Source: a virus
Lineage: Duplodnaviria; Caudoviricetes
Reading direction: 5' to 3' (one strand)
Virus record (IMG/VR): IMGVR_UViG_3300036851_000202
Span: 1-52,335 of that record
DNA length: 52,335 bases
The position numbers were made by a program, and so were the translations under genes. Each line of letters opens with the position of its first letter. Positions within the stretch are counted from its first letter, which is position 1. Under the pieces are notes generated by a model. That model had not been told where the DNA came from, did not search any database, and saw only the letters and a program-made list of their open reading frames with translations. Shown here piece after piece: positions 51,298 through 52,335 of this stretch.

Positions 51298-51870
51298 TCA
51301 CGATACGCAGAGGCGATCCTGGCCCCCCGCCATCGCGTCGAGCTGGGCGCGGGCGGCGGTGAGCTGGGATTCGGCGGACTCGGCACGGCGGCGAAGGATT
51401 TGCACTCGCTGCGTCACAGTCAGCGGTACGCCCCCTTTGGCATGACCGACTTCGCGCCAAGTCTCGATGCCGGCCACCGTTAGGATGTTCGCTGCGTCGC
51501 TCCACTCTGTTTCAAGGTATTCCAGATTGCTCTCGGCGTGCTTTCGCTCTGCCACCGCCGCATCCCGCTCCGCCTTGAGGCGGTCCCGCTGCCGCACCAG
51601 CTCCCTGACCGACTCGGCATAGTTGCCGTCCTCGCGGATAGCCAGCACGTCGCCAGCGTCGGCGAGTGCGCCTTGGATGCTGGAGAGGGTGGAGGCTAGG
51701 CGGTTGCGATCGGCCTCGGCTGCCGCGAGTTGCTTCAGGCGGGCTTCGAGTTCCTTGATACACCTAGCGCCTTCAATGCTCAGTTTGTCGGATCGCCTCA
51801 CAAGGTCGCCGGCAATCTTGATTGGTTCGCGTGGCGGCTCGGGCTTTCGGTCGTAGCAGGCGGTGCTCAC
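51298..51870 (-). CDS. coiled-coil hypothetical protein
   Basis: GTG start with GGAG RBS; heptad-rich. Confidence 0.55.
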   Translation of the reverse strand: MSTACYDRKPEPPREPIKIAGDLVRRSDKLSIEGARCIKELEARLKQLAAAEADRNRLASTLSSIQGALADAGDVLAIREDGNYAESVRELVRQRDRLKAERDAAVAERKHAESNLEYLETEWSDAANILTVAGIETWREVGHAKGGVPLTVTQRVQILRRRAESAESQLTAARAQLDAMAGGQDRLCVS

Positions 51871-51887
51871 TATGCGTCTCCAGGTTG

Positions 51888-52335
51888 CTAAAGTGGGGAA
51901 AGTTTCGCGGGCTGTTGGCTCGCGTACAGCGCGGCTGCAAGCGCTGATAACTCGTGTTCGGTGAATCCCGCCAGCGGGCTCGGCACGCGGATCTGCCTTG
52001 CCCCGGAACACCGCGGGCATTTCTTGGGTCCTCGCACGCCTGGCACTTGGCCAGTGGCCTGGCACTCCGCGCAGGACTCGTGCCGCGTATCGCCGAATTG
52101 ATTCTTCAGCGCTATTTTCACGCCGACATTCGTACCACCGTTGCCAGTCAGCCACAGGCTCACGTCGCGCTCTTCGACCTCGCGGACATCGCGGCCGTTG
52201 GCAATCGCGGCTTCAAGCAAACGGCCAGCCCAGAAAATCGTGTTACGCAAGTCGGGCCCGAGCGGTCGATCCTGCGCCTGCGGAGATTCGATCACTACGC
52301 GATAGTCATGCGTTCTCTTGTCGTCCAGATAGAGC
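51888..52335 (-). CDS. RuvC-like resolvase, 3' part (joins 1..261)
   Basis: VVIESPQ...CAECQATG...CPRCSG...HELSALAAA. Confidence 0.7.
   Translation of the reverse strand, partial: LYLDDKRTHDYRVVIESPQAQDRPLGPDLRNTIFWAGRLLEAAIANGRDVREVEERDVSLWLTGNGGTNVGVKIALKNQFGDTRHESCAECQATGQVPGVRGPKKCPRCSGARQIRVPSPLAGFTEHELSALAAALYASQQPAKLSPL
52209..52335. repeat. 127-bp end repeat, right copy
   Basis: Identical to 1-127. Confidence 0.95.

Noticed and set aside
52209-52335. 127-bp repeat as a biological terminal repeat
   Set aside because: The length equals a usual assembler k-mer and it falls inside an ORF, so it is better explained as a circular overlap.
1-52335. Diversity-generating retroelement or retron
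   Set aside because: No reverse transcriptase motif and no template/variable repeat pair noticed by eye.

Overview
The window is very probably a complete circular genome (52,208 bp after removing a 127-bp end overlap) of a temperate, lambda-like tailed phage. The end overlap (1-127 = 52209-52335) is exact, and a RuvC-like ORF reads across the junction. The host is most likely a Planctomycete, based on several planctomycete-style secreted and membrane proteins. Most genes are on the minus strand. They form an early replication/recombination block (ERF, PD-(D/E)XK nuclease, replication initiator, RuvC-like resolvase, HNH endonucleases), a late block (putative lysis region, GpA-like terminase, lambda-type portal, protease-capsid fusion, tail tube, frameshifted tail chaperone, tape measure) and a plus-strand integrase/accessory block. 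Most notable: (1) three atypical tRNA-derived elements: a tRNA-like RNA whose anticodon arm is replaced by two hairpins with complementary loops, a Leu-type tRNA body with a Pro (UGG) anticodon, and a candidate attP made of the 5' half of tRNA-Lys(CUU); (2) a sugar epimerase, a methyltransferase and a glycosyltransferase-methyltransferase fusion embedded among head genes; (3) a putative lysis region with no recognisable peptidoglycan hydrolase but with a matrixin-type metalloprotease and two CxxCH proteins; (4) host-like genes (type IV pilin-like, RTX protein, alpha-CTD-like, lone Panacea-like antitoxin); (5) an HNH gene that duplicates and recodes its neighbour's start. All family calls come from reading motifs by eye; no database search was run.
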